Below are positions 33,257 through 43,662 of a stretch of DNA of 64,000 nt, piece after piece. The stretch covers positions 32,833-96,832 of the IMG/VR virus record IMGVR_UViG_3300008107_000029, one strand, 5' to 3'. How positions within the stretch are numbered: the first letter of the stretch is position 1; every line of letters begins with the position of its first letter. The position numbers were made by a program, and so were the translations under genes. This DNA is from a virus. The notes below the pieces were generated by a model. It searched no databases. It had not been told where the DNA came from and saw only the letters and a program-made list of their open reading frames with translations.

Positions 33257-33411
33257 TTTCTTCCTCCCTTAATAAATCCATATTCAACTAAATACCTATA
33301 AATTGTCTGATGTGATACGCCACACTCGTCTGCTATCTCGTCAATAGTAGCCTTTTGAGTTACGTATCTACGCCACATCCAATACCTGTTTTTATAAAAT
33401 GTATTACCCAT
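33241..33411 (-). CDS. small HTH DNA-binding protein (56 aa)
   Basis: Below cutoff: MGNTFYKNRYWMWRRYVTQKATIDEIADECGVSHQTIYRYLVEYGFIKGGRKWSKN. Confidence 0.8.
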   Translation of the reverse strand: MGNTFYKNRYWMWRRYVTQKATIDEIADECGVSHQTIYRYLVEYGFIKGGRKWSKN

Positions 33412-33976
33412 TTGAGTTTACCTTATAAGACCCATAGTATGCAATGCCAAAAGCATCAGCCACGTCATAGTCGCTAACCTCAATACCAAATTGCCGTTTG
33501 ACCCAAGAGGCTGTTCTTCTCTTACGATAATTTCTTTGTTCATTCTTTAACCACGATTCACTCTTTCCTGGATTCATAGAGTTTACTGACAACTTCTCCA
33601 TCTTGGTCAATGGCTTGTTGCCAATAAATGCTTGCCACGCAACTGGCACTACAGTAATCATCTTAGTACTTTTATTCTTCATAAGAGCACCAATACTAGC
33701 ACCATACACATAAGCCAAAAGCGTGGCTGTCTTAGGGGAGTTAACGAAAACTGCACCCTCAAAAGCAACGGAGTCATAATCGAGTAGATCTTTAAGAGAC
33801 TTAACTTTAATGCTAGCGTCTTTAATCTTATCGAAAATGTCATTGCCTTCAAATTCAATTTTACCGTACGATACTGGAACATCATTGTGAAGTAAACACC
33901 ATGCTAAATTATTTGTGCTGCAATCTACGCCTAGAACTTTCTCGCTTACTTGCCTTGTTTGCATATCTTTGGACAT
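33404..33976 (-). CDS. ruvC: RuvC-like Holliday junction resolvase
   Basis: VLGVDCS, VAFEG, D.ADAFGIA. Confidence 0.82.
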   Translation of the reverse strand: MSKDMQTRQVSEKVLGVDCSTNNLAWCLLHNDVPVSYGKIEFEGNDIFDKIKDASIKVKSLKDLLDYDSVAFEGAVFVNSPKTATLLAYVYGASIGALMKNKSTKMITVVPVAWQAFIGNKPLTKMEKLSVNSMNPGKSESWLKNEQRNYRKRRTASWVKRQFGIEVSDYDVADAFGIAYYGSYKVNSNG

Positions 33977-34238
33977 GTTTTAGAGCCTCCTTCACTGCTG
34001 CCTTGTTTTCTTTCTTATCTTTTTCCATACAAAGTTGACAAAGATTTTCTGGATTATATCTACTGATCAAAGCATTGCACTTACAGAATCTTTCTTCTCC
34101 GTTTAGCCTTGCTTTTTTCTCATAGTACTTTTCCATAATCTTTTTGTTAGTTGCTTTACGACAACAAGCGTAAGAGCAATATTTCTGATTATGAGTTTTA
34201 AACTGAAAGTCAATTCCACACTCAGAGCATTTTTTCAA
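33909..34238 (-). CDS. Cys-rich Zn-finger hypothetical protein
   Basis: C..C...F......QKYCS..C; C.C...C..C. Confidence 0.7.
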   Translation of the reverse strand: MKKCSECGIDFQFKTHNQKYCSYACCRKATNKKIMEKYYEKKARLNGEERFCKCNALISRYNPENLCQLCMEKDKKENKAAVKEALKHVQRYANKASKRESSRRRLQHK

Positions 34239-35007
34239 TTGACACCTCCAGTGGTTTGATCTCGATAGTGCCCTCTGCTGCTTCTCTACACATATCTTTT
34301 AATGGACACTTACCACAAATCTTTGCATTCTTTCTAAACACATTCTTTGGAATAGTCCCCAGTTGAAATGCCTTGTTTGTTTCTCTAAGCCATTCCCAAA
34401 CATAAGCCATATAGTCTTTCATCTGTTTTGACATATGCACTGGAATAACCATAAGGTCTTGTGTATTCTTATTCTCGTACATTAAGAATCCTTCTTTAGC
34501 CTTTAGGACCTTCATATAAATAAGAATCTGAAGCAAGTGACTATCATTAGGAGTTCTGGTCATTTCCTTATCGAGGTAGTACTGCTCCTTGATAGTTTTA
34601 ATTTCACCAACAACTTCTGCACCGTCTTGCTCTAAAATCAAGTCAGCAAATCCACGGATAGGTGGATCTATAGACAAGATTTCTCGTTCACTTTCTTTAA
34701 AGAACTCTGTCTTGCTAATAAACTTTTCTAGTCTTGAGTGGGCATAGGTTCCATTCTCCATATTGGCAATAGCCTTACCACTTACTTCTTCCTTCCAAAC
34801 TCCACCAGTAAATGCCAACCACCAAAACCTTGCACAGGTTCCGTGATTGTATCCTAAAGTGCTTGGAGAAAAAGTCTTCTTAACTTGAAACTTTTCGCTT
34901 GGCCTGGTTTCTGCATACGCAGCATCCACATCAGAAAGAAACTTCTTATAGTCAACTAAGGTTTTCTTCTTTTGATTGGCTATGCTTTTAATAAAATTCT
35001 CTACCAT
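34222..35007 (-). CDS. Cas4-like PD-(D/E)xK exonuclease
   Basis: SPS....CAR, G...H, G.AD, EIKT, Q..IY, C-terminal C..C....C. Confidence 0.85.
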   Translation of the reverse strand: MVENFIKSIANQKKKTLVDYKKFLSDVDAAYAETRPSEKFQVKKTFSPSTLGYNHGTCARFWWLAFTGGVWKEEVSGKAIANMENGTYAHSRLEKFISKTEFFKESEREILSIDPPIRGFADLILEQDGAEVVGEIKTIKEQYYLDKEMTRTPNDSHLLQILIYMKVLKAKEGFLMYENKNTQDLMVIPVHMSKQMKDYMAYVWEWLRETNKAFQLGTIPKNVFRKNAKICGKCPLKDMCREAAEGTIEIKPLEVSIEKML

Positions 35008-35345
35008 TAGTTCACCTGATATCTTGCGACATACTTCAAAGCGTCAACAAGTTTGTCTAACGACTCCTTCATTGTATAGTAAAGATTCTTCTTAATGTTG
35101 TTTGGCGTTCCAGATCTATCCTTTGCCATAGTGGAGTACCAAGTAGCAAGGACTCCAAACTTAGCAGACAAAGCAGATAACTTTGCAATCAATGCAGGTG
35201 CCTGCGACGCAGGTACATCTGGCTTCATCATAATCTTTACGATCATGGCTAGTGCTTCGTCTAATTCCTTATCCTGAGCAAACTCATGAATCTCTGTAAA
35301 CTCTGCAATCTCGTTAATCCAATCAATTACTGTTTCGTTTGGCAT
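35007..35345 (-). CDS. hypothetical helical protein
   Basis: 112-aa ORF in the recombination cluster. Confidence 0.7.
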   Translation of the reverse strand: MPNETVIDWINEIAEFTEIHEFAQDKELDEALAMIVKIMMKPDVPASQAPALIAKLSALSAKFGVLATWYSTMAKDRSGTPNNIKKNLYYTMKESLDKLVDALKYVARYQVN

Positions 35346-35628
35346 CTTCTACTAACTCCTCCAATACTGCCCATTCGATTACTGCTAATCTTACTTTTTG
35401 TTTTTCACCAATAACCAACTTTAATGCTGGATATTTTTCTACATCTGTTTTCATTTGATCCGTAACAATCTTTCCCCATACATCTGTTGTTAGGTTAAAT
35501 GACTTTCCTGCTTCTTTGATATCAACAATGAAGCCTTCCCAACTTGCGTCAGCCTTCTGGATATAACCTCTTCCAGAATTCTTATGGGCTTTTGCACCCA
35601 TGCGTTTAATCTCACCACGCTCACTCAT
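35323..35628 (-). CDS. PD-(D/E)xK-like nuclease / resolvase-like protein
   Basis: SGRG..K.D......D.KE pattern. Confidence 0.55.
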   Translation of the reverse strand: MSERGEIKRMGAKAHKNSGRGYIQKADASWEGFIVDIKEAGKSFNLTTDVWGKIVTDQMKTDVEKYPALKLVIGEKQKVRLAVIEWAVLEELVEDAKRNSN

Positions 35629-35813
35629 AGTTTAGCCTCAGCCATCTTGTTACAATCAGAACAGAAATAAATAATTCTTCTGTTGTCCATATTTAGTTTT
35701 GCTTTATTAATTGAAACATTGCATTCTGGACATGCGAAGTTTCCAGTAATATCTACCATATCTTCTTCTGTCTCATCTACAATATTTTTAATAAAGTCTT
35801 TTGGATCTAGCAT
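35625..35813 (-). CDS. Zn-ribbon hypothetical protein
   Basis: CPEC...CSDC. Confidence 0.65.
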   Translation of the reverse strand: MLDPKDFIKNIVDETEEDMVDITGNFACPECNVSINKAKLNMDNRRIIYFCSDCNKMAEAKL

Positions 35814-36814
35814 GCTTCCATTACCTTAGCCTTAAGTTGTTCAAATGCTTCTTTATTCTCACGAAGGTATTCAATTACCTTTGCACGTCCTTGGATTCTT
35901 TGATCTAAGACTGTATACCAAGCACCACCCTTTTCAATAAGACCTAGCATTTCAGCAGTATCAACTACGTCAGCAACCTGGTCTACACCAATGTCATCTC
36001 CAGTAAAGTAAAAGTCATACTTTCCAGTAACAAAGGCAGGAGAGGTCTTAGAGAACTCGATATTGTATGCAACTTCACGACCAACCTTGGACTTAATAAT
36101 CTTGTCTCCGATTACCGTGTCTCCTTCAATTGCATTGTTTGCTGATTCTGAAGAGAATAACTTTACTACGGTTGAAGAATAAAACTTAACTGCATTACCA
36201 CCAGTAAATGTGTGGCTTGCATAAAGTCCACCAATATTAAATCTAACCTGAGAGATTAAGACCAGCAATGTTTTTTCATTGACATAGTTAATCATCTTAA
36301 CGGCATTTCCCAAGTCTCTTGAAATACTACCAATCTGTCCAGTCTGATCCATTGGCTTTAGGTCTGATGAATCCTTTTCAAAGAATATGCCTGGAAGAAG
36401 TGCTGTGATTGAGTCAACAACCACAATATCAATTCCTGCGTTGCAGAGTTCTACTGTAAGGTCTGTAAAATGATTAATGGATTTTACTGGACTGTAAATA
36501 AGTTGCTCAGTGTCTACTCCAAGTTTTTCTGCCCAAGCCTTATCAAAGGTTCCTTCGGCATCAAGGAATGCACAAATCTTTCCTTCCTTTTGTGCCATAC
36601 CAATCATCTGCAGCATAAAAGAAGACTTGCCACTACTCTTAGATCCATAAAATAAAACCTGTCTACCTGCAGGAAGACCACCCTTAAGGTGATAGTTTAA
36701 ACTTAAACTTGGTGTTGGGATCTTTTCATATTCTACCTCAGATGCTGAAAGAACTAACTTTCTAGTCTTTGGGTTTAGTTTTGCTAATAGTTCCTCTAGT
36801 GCTGTCGTTGCCAT
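35807..36814 (-). CDS. recA: RecA-like recombinase
   Basis: G.KSSGKS, DAEG, VVVDSI, ISQVR, GGNAVKFYSS. Confidence 0.93.
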   Translation of the reverse strand: MATTALEELLAKLNPKTRKLVLSASEVEYEKIPTPSLSLNYHLKGGLPAGRQVLFYGSKSSGKSSFMLQMIGMAQKEGKICAFLDAEGTFDKAWAEKLGVDTEQLIYSPVKSINHFTDLTVELCNAGIDIVVVDSITALLPGIFFEKDSSDLKPMDQTGQIGSISRDLGNAVKMINYVNEKTLLVLISQVRFNIGGLYASHTFTGGNAVKFYSSTVVKLFSSESANNAIEGDTVIGDKIIKSKVGREVAYNIEFSKTSPAFVTGKYDFYFTGDDIGVDQVADVVDTAEMLGLIEKGGAWYTVLDQRIQGRAKVIEYLRENKEAFEQLKAKVMEAC

Positions 36815-36968
36815 TGAAATCCTTTTCTAGTTGTTCTGCTAATGTCTTTAGTGCTTTTGATCTTGCGTGTTGTAACTTGCTTATTACTGCCTCTACAACT
36901 TCTTCATCATATCCACGGATAACCAAGATAATTTCTCCGTCGACCCCACGTTTAATGTAGGCATTCAT
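36762..36968 (-). CDS. hypothetical protein
   Basis: 68-aa ORF between MazG-like and recA. Confidence 0.6.
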   Translation of the reverse strand: MNAYIKRGVDGEIILVIRGYDEEVVEAVISKLQHARSKALKTLAEQLEKDFNGNDSTRGTISKTKPKD

Positions 36969-36976
36969 CTATTATA

Positions 36977-37297
36977 TCATCCCAGGACGCCGTGCATTTT
37001 TGGACGATCTTTATTGATATTTGCTTTTTCTTCTAAGATGTCATGTAATGAAAGACTAACTACATTAGCATCCTTTAGTCCTTGATAAAGATCTAAAACT
37101 CTAATCAGGATGTCTGCTAATTCTTCTACTACTTGCTGCTCACCTTTTTCTTTTCTAAGTGCCTCTAGCACTTCAGTTACTTCTGAATGGACCATCGCTA
37201 ACTGCTTTGCAAAGAAAACAAAATCTTGTTCATAGTTCCAAAATCCTTTTTCTACAGCAGTTGAGTGTAGGTCTGATGCAAGTTTATCTAAGTTCAT
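36977..37297 (-). CDS. MazG-like NTP pyrophosphohydrolase
   Basis: HSEVTEVLEA.R, EELADILIR.LD, K..IN..R...HG. Confidence 0.85.
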   Translation of the reverse strand: MNLDKLASDLHSTAVEKGFWNYEQDFVFFAKQLAMVHSEVTEVLEALRKEKGEQQVVEELADILIRVLDLYQGLKDANVVSLSLHDILEEKANINKDRPKMHGVLG

Positions 37298-40200
37298 GAT
37301 ATCTCCTTTAATATTAAACTATCTTCTTTTTCTTGTAGCACTGGAGTTACTCTAGATCCTGGCTTCATTTTAACCATCGCTGCAGCATACATTGATGGGA
37401 AGACAACAACAGAATATAACTCTTTATCTGAATCTGCTAAAACGACAGTTGCCATCTTGTCGCCTTTCTTTGTTTTTCTACCTGCAAATGATACCACATA
37501 ACGCTCATCGTCTGCCATAGGAATAGTCTTAGAAGACAAGTACTTAACAAAAGTATTATCTTTATCTTTAAGATCATCTGTAGTTATGTGTTCCATAATT
37601 CTATTGTCACAGACAAGAACGATATGCATCTTTCCTGTTTCTATTGAAGAGTCTTCTCTATCAAACACCCCAACAGTTCCAGTCTTGTCTACGAACTCAA
37701 CTCTAGACCAGCCGTCTCCTCTTTTAATTGATTTAGCCAAAGCCATCATAATAAAAGAACCTTTGTCTGAGTACTCCTCAATAGGTCTAAAATAGGCCTG
37801 TAGCCACCTTGGGACGTCTGAACGGAACTCTGGTATGCCAAGATACTCATAGTAGTAATCACTTTCATTACCAATCCTAGGATTGTCGTGGAACGAAGCA
37901 CCACCGACTTTGTTTAGGGCATCCAAGGCTCTGCTATTAATGCCAGATCCTTTTGTTCCAACTACATCTTGTACGTGCCTGTAAGAACTAAAAGGTCTTT
38001 GAGCAATAATCTTGTTAGCAATGTTTTCTGAAATAAACTTAACACTACCTAGACCAAATCTAATTGCCTTACCTTCAAGTTTAAAATCAATGTCGGACTC
38101 GTTAATGTGTGGAAGCCTAACCGTAATCCCCATACGCTTTGCCTCAATAAGATACTCAGTACGGGCATCCTTATCCTTTTCATTTTTAAGAATAGAATAC
38201 ATAAACTCTTCTGGGTAATAACGCTTTAGCCATGCAGTCCAGTATGACAATGTTGAATAGGCTACAGCGTGAGACTTGTTAAATGAGTATCCTGCGTGTG
38301 CCTCAAAGTCATGCCAAAGTGCTTTTGCTGCATCCTCTGAAATGTGTTGGGAAGCACCCTTTACGAATCTATCTTTAAACTGATCAAATTCTTTAGCGTC
38401 TTTCTTCTTACCAATAATCTTACGAACCTTGTCAGCCTCAGACATTGACATACCACCCAGATATACACATGCTTGCATAACTTGTTCCTGATAAAGGATA
38501 CAGCCGTAAGTGTCTTTTGTAAATGGCTCCATAATTTCATGAACATAGGTAACTGGCTTTCTTCCTTTTTTACGAGCAATGTACTCAGCACCAATTGTGT
38601 TCATAGCACCTGGACGAACTAACGCATTGGATGCAGACAGTTCATCTAGATTATATACACCCATCTTAATTAACAGGTTTGTATAAGGAACTGCTTCTGC
38701 TTGAAACACTCCCTTTGTCAATCCTGCAGAAAGATCTTGATAAACCTCTGAGTCATCTAGTGGAAGTTCCAAAAGATTAATCTTCTTGTTATATCTTTCT
38801 TCAACTATGTCAATAGTATCTTTTAGCACTGTTAGTGTTTTTAATCCTAAAACGTCTAACTTAATAAGGCCAATATCTGCAGCCTGATCCATATCAACAG
38901 CAACTACTGGAACACGCTCATCGCTTTGTGCGTCTTTTCTAGTTTCAATAGGAGCATACTTACTAATCTGGTCTTTTGCAGTTACAATACCTGCAGCATG
39001 CATTCCAGTTCCACGGATTCGACCACGGAGTTGATTAGCATATTCAACAACCTCTGGATACTTTTCTCTAAAGTCTAGGGTCTGCTTGCTTGCAATAAAT
39101 TCATCCCATGTGTCTGTAAACTTTAGGGCCTTGTCTACTTCAGCAATTGGAACCTTAAATGCTCTTGCAACATCTCGAACTACACCTTTATCTTTAAAAG
39201 TTACAAAGGTTGCAATTGATGCTACGTTTTTGTACTTGTTAGTAAGATATTCTTTTACCTCACCACGACGACGATCTTCAAAGTCTGTATCGATATCTGG
39301 AAAGTCATTACGATCTGGGTTAATAAATCGGAAGAAGAGAAGACCATACTTGATTGGGTCAATGTCAGTAATGCCAAGGGCATAACAAACTAAGGACCCT
39401 GCAGCAGATCCACGACCTGGACCAACAAGAATGTTATTGTTCTTTGCCCAGTTAATCATATCTGCCACAACTAAGAAGTATCCAGAAAACTTCTTGTCTG
39501 AAATAATCTTTAACTCTGAGTTAATTCTTTTAAGGTAATCTGGGTTGCCACCAAAACCTCTATTTGCTAAACCAGTTAAAGTAAGTTCCTTTAGTGTTTG
39601 GTCTGCGTCATTCTTTGGAATTGGAAGAAGGTCTAGATTTTGAACAACCTCGTAAGATCCAATCTTGTCAGTAATCTCTAATGTGTTCTCAAAGATATCT
39701 GCTCTATCAAGACCTTGGTCAATCATTCTTTGCTTTGTCTCGTTGTATCCATCTAGCCAGATGTCTAAATCTTTAAAGGACATCTTTCTTTCACCGTATA
39801 GGTAGTCTAATCTTTCGATCATATCTTTTACCTTACGGCTACTTTCAAAGGTTGCTTCCTTACGAGCATTTGGATGTGTTCCAAGGATAAGCATAATCTC
39901 TTCTGCAATAGCATCTTCTGGTTTTGCAAAGTGACAGTCTAATGTAACAACCGACTTTACACCAACCTTGTCAGCCATATCGATTAAGGCTTTGTTAAGA
40001 AGGTATGTATTGTGTGGCTGAACTTCCATATAGAAGTCATCCTTAAACATATCTTTAAACCAATTTGTGTATTGCAGGGCGAGGGACTCATTGCCTCCTT
40101 GAATTGCATTAGCAATAATGCTATTCATACATCCAGACAAGATAATTAATCCGTCCTTATGCTTTTCAAGAATCTCAAAATCCATTCTTGGCTTATTGAA

Positions 40201-40548
40201 GAATCCCTCGTCCCATGCAATCTCTGATAATTTACCAAGATTCTCAACACCCTTTGCATTCTTAGCAAGAACGATAAGATGGTTATAGATCTTTTCGTCT
40301 GGTGTTCTTTCTTTTTTAGACCTACGGTCATTTCTATCGTTTGTAAAGTATGCCTCTACACCAAGGATTGGCTTTACCGAAGTGCCCTTGGTTGCTAATA
40401 GAAACTCACGATGACCTGACAATGTGCCATGATCCGTTAAGGACATAGCAGTCATGCCAACTTCTTCTGCACGTTTTACATATTCGGCAGGAGAAGAATA
40501 GCCATCTAATAGACTATAGTAAGAATGAGAATGATGGTTGTGAAACAA
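37294..40548 (-). CDS. dnaE: DNA polymerase III alpha subunit
   Basis: H.HS.YSLLDG, TDHG, GPGRGSAAGS, PDIDTD, HAAG, YSFNKSHA. Confidence 0.97.
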   Translation of the reverse strand: MFHNHHSHSYYSLLDGYSSPAEYVKRAEEVGMTAMSLTDHGTLSGHREFLLATKGTSVKPILGVEAYFTNDRNDRRSKKERTPDEKIYNHLIVLAKNAKGVENLGKLSEIAWDEGFFNKPRMDFEILEKHKDGLIILSGCMNSIIANAIQGGNESLALQYTNWFKDMFKDDFYMEVQPHNTYLLNKALIDMADKVGVKSVVTLDCHFAKPEDAIAEEIMLILGTHPNARKEATFESSRKVKDMIERLDYLYGERKMSFKDLDIWLDGYNETKQRMIDQGLDRADIFENTLEITDKIGSYEVVQNLDLLPIPKNDADQTLKELTLTGLANRGFGGNPDYLKRINSELKIISDKKFSGYFLVVADMINWAKNNNILVGPGRGSAAGSLVCYALGITDIDPIKYGLLFFRFINPDRNDFPDIDTDFEDRRRGEVKEYLTNKYKNVASIATFVTFKDKGVVRDVARAFKVPIAEVDKALKFTDTWDEFIASKQTLDFREKYPEVVEYANQLRGRIRGTGMHAAGIVTAKDQISKYAPIETRKDAQSDERVPVVAVDMDQAADIGLIKLDVLGLKTLTVLKDTIDIVEERYNKKINLLELPLDDSEVYQDLSAGLTKGVFQAEAVPYTNLLIKMGVYNLDELSASNALVRPGAMNTIGAEYIARKKGRKPVTYVHEIMEPFTKDTYGCILYQEQVMQACVYLGGMSMSEADKVRKIIGKKKDAKEFDQFKDRFVKGASQHISEDAAKALWHDFEAHAGYSFNKSHAVAYSTLSYWTAWLKRYYPEEFMYSILKNEKDKDARTEYLIEAKRMGITVRLPHINESDIDFKLEGKAIRFGLGSVKFISENIANKIIAQRPFSSYRHVQDVVGTKGSGINSRALDALNKVGGASFHDNPRIGNESDYYYEYLGIPEFRSDVPRWLQAYFRPIEEYSDKGSFIMMALAKSIKRGDGWSRVEFVDKTGTVGVFDREDSSIETGKMHIVLVCDNRIMEHITTDDLKDKDNTFVKYLSSKTIPMADDERYVVSFAGRKTKKGDKMATVVLADSDKELYSVVVFPSMYAAAMVKMKPGSRVTPVLQEKEDSLILKEIS

Positions 40549-40551
40549 TTT

Positions 40552-41205
40552 TTACCACTCAGCGTTTGTTGATAAACTAGCGTTGTCAGTAAGAAGACCC
40601 ATATAGAAGTTTTCTTGATCTGCGTATGCTACTTGACGGACTGCTGTTTCTAGTAGTGGGAATGTTTCCAATGTTGATTGATCAAATGGTTCTGTATCTT
40701 GGTTTAAAGGTAGAAGAACGTAGTTGGTATCTGTACCAGTTCCGTTTCTCTTTAGACGCCAGATAAGATTACTAACTGAACCTGCATCGCCTGCATATTC
40801 AAAAATAGTATTTGTGCTTGTAACCTTTGGGCCAACACTTTGTGACCAGATAGCAACGTACTGCTCTGTACCGTCGTCAACTAGTAGGTTTGTGTAGTAG
40901 CGTAGACGTGCTCTCCAACCAGACTTTGGATCACGACGGTGCATTTCACATCCGAAGCAACGACCTTCATCATTGATTGTACAGATACCCTTTCGCTTGT
41001 AGTCCTTTGGGTTTGTGTGTTCTGCTACAACGATTGCAGAGCCTGCTTTTTCATTGTAGAATGGTGAGTCTTGGTCCAACTCGTTGAGGAATCTGATCTT
41101 TACTGACTGACCATCGTCCAACTTGAGCCAACGTCCCTTTACTCCTTCAGACTTTGGCTTATCCATAACTTGTCTGATATTTTTTAGTCCTGTTATAACT
41201 GACAT
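40552..41205 (-). CDS. single-stranded DNA-binding protein (gp32-like)
   Basis: W.KL.DGQS..IRFL, C.GC, KRNG.GTDT.Y; acidic tail ending in W; between primase and polymerase. Confidence 0.7.
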   Translation of the reverse strand: MSVITGLKNIRQVMDKPKSEGVKGRWLKLDDGQSVKIRFLNELDQDSPFYNEKAGSAIVVAEHTNPKDYKRKGICTINDEGRCFGCEMHRRDPKSGWRARLRYYTNLLVDDGTEQYVAIWSQSVGPKVTSTNTIFEYAGDAGSVSNLIWRLKRNGTGTDTNYVLLPLNQDTEPFDQSTLETFPLLETAVRQVAYADQENFYMGLLTDNASLSTNAEW

Positions 41206-41212
41206 ATTTTTC

Positions 41213-42169
41213 CTATTCTCCTAACATGATATTTAATATATCTTTTGCGTTTTTATATGTTTCCAGTATTTGATTGTCTTCTAAATCTCCAACATCTTTA
41301 ATGCCACTTGCCCATTCGACTTGTCGAATAAACTTGTGAGATAAATGCTTCTTAATACTATCAGCAAGCACTCTTCCTGCATCATCGTTGTCAGACATAA
41401 TAACGATATCACTAAACTTACTATCAAGTAGGGCCACCTGCTGCTTGCTAATCTTGGAACCAAGGGTTGCAATTGCTGGAATGCCTAACTGATGAAGTCT
41501 AATTGCATCGAAAGATGATTCTACCACAACTACCTCATTGTTGTCAACTCTGTGTATGTTGAATAGAACCTTGTTGCGTGGCAGCCCAGGAGTGTTCTTG
41601 AATTCTTTTCCTGTGATTGATCTTGCAACAAACCCTATGCACATACCTTCTGGCGTATGCACAGGAACAATAACCATATCCTGTTTTTCAGAATATCCTA
41701 GATTGAATGTGTCGATTGAATCTTCATTAATCTTTCTGTTCTTAAAATAATCTTTTGCTCTGTCTGATGACAATAACTGAGAGTGACACTTATCAGTTAC
41801 AGTTTTATCATACTCTTCGAAGACTGGCTTTTCTTCGATCTCAGTCTCTACAAACTCAACTAGGTCTACTGAGGTCTCGTGCTTCTTGATAAGTCTTACT
41901 GCTTGATAGTATGTAATGTTTAAAGTCTTCATTACCATATCAAAGATGCTGCCTGTAGCACCGCAAGAGAAGCAAAAGTATAGCCCCTTGGATTTGTCTA
42001 CTTCGCAGGCTGGAGAGTTTGTATTAAAATGGAAAGGACAGAATATTAAGTAATGTGTGTCCAAGTTGCTTTTGATAGTCAACCCACACTCGATCAGGAT
42101 TGAGGCTGTTTGTGTTTCTGATAGGAGGGTCTCTCCATTAGTTTGGTTCCGTATGCTGCTTGATAGCAT
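41213..42169 (-). CDS. dnaG: DNA primase (CHC2 zinc finger + Toprim)
   Basis: CPFH...CFSC, VVES.FD, DNDDAG, KDVGD. Confidence 0.9.
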   Translation of the reverse strand: MLSSSIRNQTNGETLLSETQTASILIECGLTIKSNLDTHYLIFCPFHFNTNSPACEVDKSKGLYFCFSCGATGSIFDMVMKTLNITYYQAVRLIKKHETSVDLVEFVETEIEEKPVFEEYDKTVTDKCHSQLLSSDRAKDYFKNRKINEDSIDTFNLGYSEKQDMVIVPVHTPEGMCIGFVARSITGKEFKNTPGLPRNKVLFNIHRVDNNEVVVVESSFDAIRLHQLGIPAIATLGSKISKQQVALLDSKFSDIVIMSDNDDAGRVLADSIKKHLSHKFIRQVEWASGIKDVGDLEDNQILETYKNAKDILNIMLGE

Positions 42170-42411
42170 TGTGCTTGTGCCTTCCCTATGTATATTCCGT
42201 ATATTGATAATTTAAATTCGAATGCTTTTCCATCATATTGTACACTAAAGATTGGGTCTAAGTCAAGTTGTGGAACGTACCCCATATACTCCATGTAAAG
42301 AGTAATAAGTAACTGATACTGGTCCTTTAGCCTTAGAATGTCCTTCTCGTCGTATATGCTTCCTTCGACTGAGAATCTATGAATTTTTTTGTGTCCTATG
42401 TTTTTTTGCAT
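42094..42411 (-). CDS. hypothetical protein
   Basis: 105-aa ORF with TGTTATAAT upstream. Confidence 0.7.
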   Translation of the reverse strand: MQKNIGHKKIHRFSVEGSIYDEKDILRLKDQYQLLITLYMEYMGYVPQLDLDPIFSVQYDGKAFEFKLSIYGIYIGKAQAQCYQAAYGTKLMERPSYQKHKQPQS

Positions 42412-42435
42412 AGTACTACAATTATAACAGAATAA

Positions 42436-43662
42436 TTAGTTATTCATTGTAGGATCTAACACTTCTTCAAATCTTCCCCTGTCAAAGTCTGCCAATAGAA
42501 TAAAATCTCCCATATAACCATTACGATTCTTTCTAAAAGCACACTCCAAAGCATCGCTGTTAGCCTTTCTTCCCATAGCCAAAACCCAGTCAGCATCGTA
42601 GGCAATTTGCTTTGACCAAGCAACCTGCCCTAGTTGAGGGATTGACTCTAGGTTTGAGGCTTCGTCTGGTGTAGCAGAGGCAATGGCAATAATTGGAACT
42701 GCCTGAGATACAGCCATTAACTTTAACTCTCTAGAAAGGTTCTTAATTTTTACAGTCTCTTGATCGCTCTTGCCGTTATCTGACATCAACTGTAAATAGT
42801 CAACAAAGATAACATCAGGCTTGTACTGATCAATCTTAGCCTTTAAGAAGTTTGGAGTTACTTCTCCAACTCCTTCATTTGAAACAATCTTAAATGGTTG
42901 CTTTCCTTCAATAAACTCTCTAGCAAACTTTTCAAATGCGTCAATGTCAATAAGACCAGATGAAATCATTCTGTGAGAGAACTTACCTTCACCAATAATT
43001 GTGTAGAGTCTGTTACGAACTTCTGCCTCAGTCATTTCAAGAGACATAATCATTGGAACTTTTCCATTCTGCCAAGCACGAACTGCAAACAGCAAAGCCA
43101 ACCAAGACTTACCTACTGCAGGATATGCAAGGAAGATTCCCAACTGACCTGGAGAAATTCCCATTGGCAAACATACGTCGAATGATTCAATACTGGTCTT
43201 TACACCAAGAGCACCATTCTTTGTACGCTGCTTTAATTCTTTAAAGTGTGCAACAGCGTCATCAACGTTTGTTACATCTACGTCTACTACTTTTGTAGTA
43301 ACTCTTGAAATCTTACTGATGTCTCCAGAGACACTCTCTAAAGCCTTTGCAGACTCTCCAGACTGCAGCATCTTTGCAGTCTTAGTAATCGATGCCCTTA
43401 ACTCTTGTTCTAGAAAAGCAGTCTTGAGTTGGTTAACTGCATAAATTGTTGGAGAGGCTTGTCCTGGCATAAACTCTGGAAATCTATCTTGCATGATTTC
43501 TCCAGTTGGTACTTGCTGCGTAGAATCATAATAATCTTTAACAAACCCCCACATGTCTGAGCAGTCTGTCATTAAGTTATCTACGTTGTGCTCAAATAAC
43601 TTATGGATATCTTTGTTGGTCAGTACTGCATTGAGGACTGACATTTCTTCACGCATTGGCAT
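42436..43662 (-). CDS. dnaB: DnaB-like replicative helicase
   Basis: AYPAVGKS, SLEM, VDYLQLM, SRELK, I.YDAD, KNRNG. Confidence 0.93.
   Translation of the reverse strand: MPMREEMSVLNAVLTNKDIHKLFEHNVDNLMTDCSDMWGFVKDYYDSTQQVPTGEIMQDRFPEFMPGQASPTIYAVNQLKTAFLEQELRASITKTAKMLQSGESAKALESVSGDISKISRVTTKVVDVDVTNVDDAVAHFKELKQRTKNGALGVKTSIESFDVCLPMGISPGQLGIFLAYPAVGKSWLALLFAVRAWQNGKVPMIMSLEMTEAEVRNRLYTIIGEGKFSHRMISSGLIDIDAFEKFAREFIEGKQPFKIVSNEGVGEVTPNFLKAKIDQYKPDVIFVDYLQLMSDNGKSDQETVKIKNLSRELKLMAVSQAVPIIAIASATPDEASNLESIPQLGQVAWSKQIAYDADWVLAMGRKANSDALECAFRKNRNGYMGDFILLADFDRGRFEEVLDPTMNN

Noticed and set aside
34222-35007. Cas4-like gene as a sign of a CRISPR system
   Set aside because: No repeat-spacer array or other cas genes were seen; solo Cas4-like exonucleases are normal in phage recombination modules.
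30602-43662. Inteins or introns in terL, recA, dnaE, dnaB
   Set aside because: Lengths are normal, motifs are contiguous, and no C...HN splice motifs or LAGLIDADG inserts were seen.
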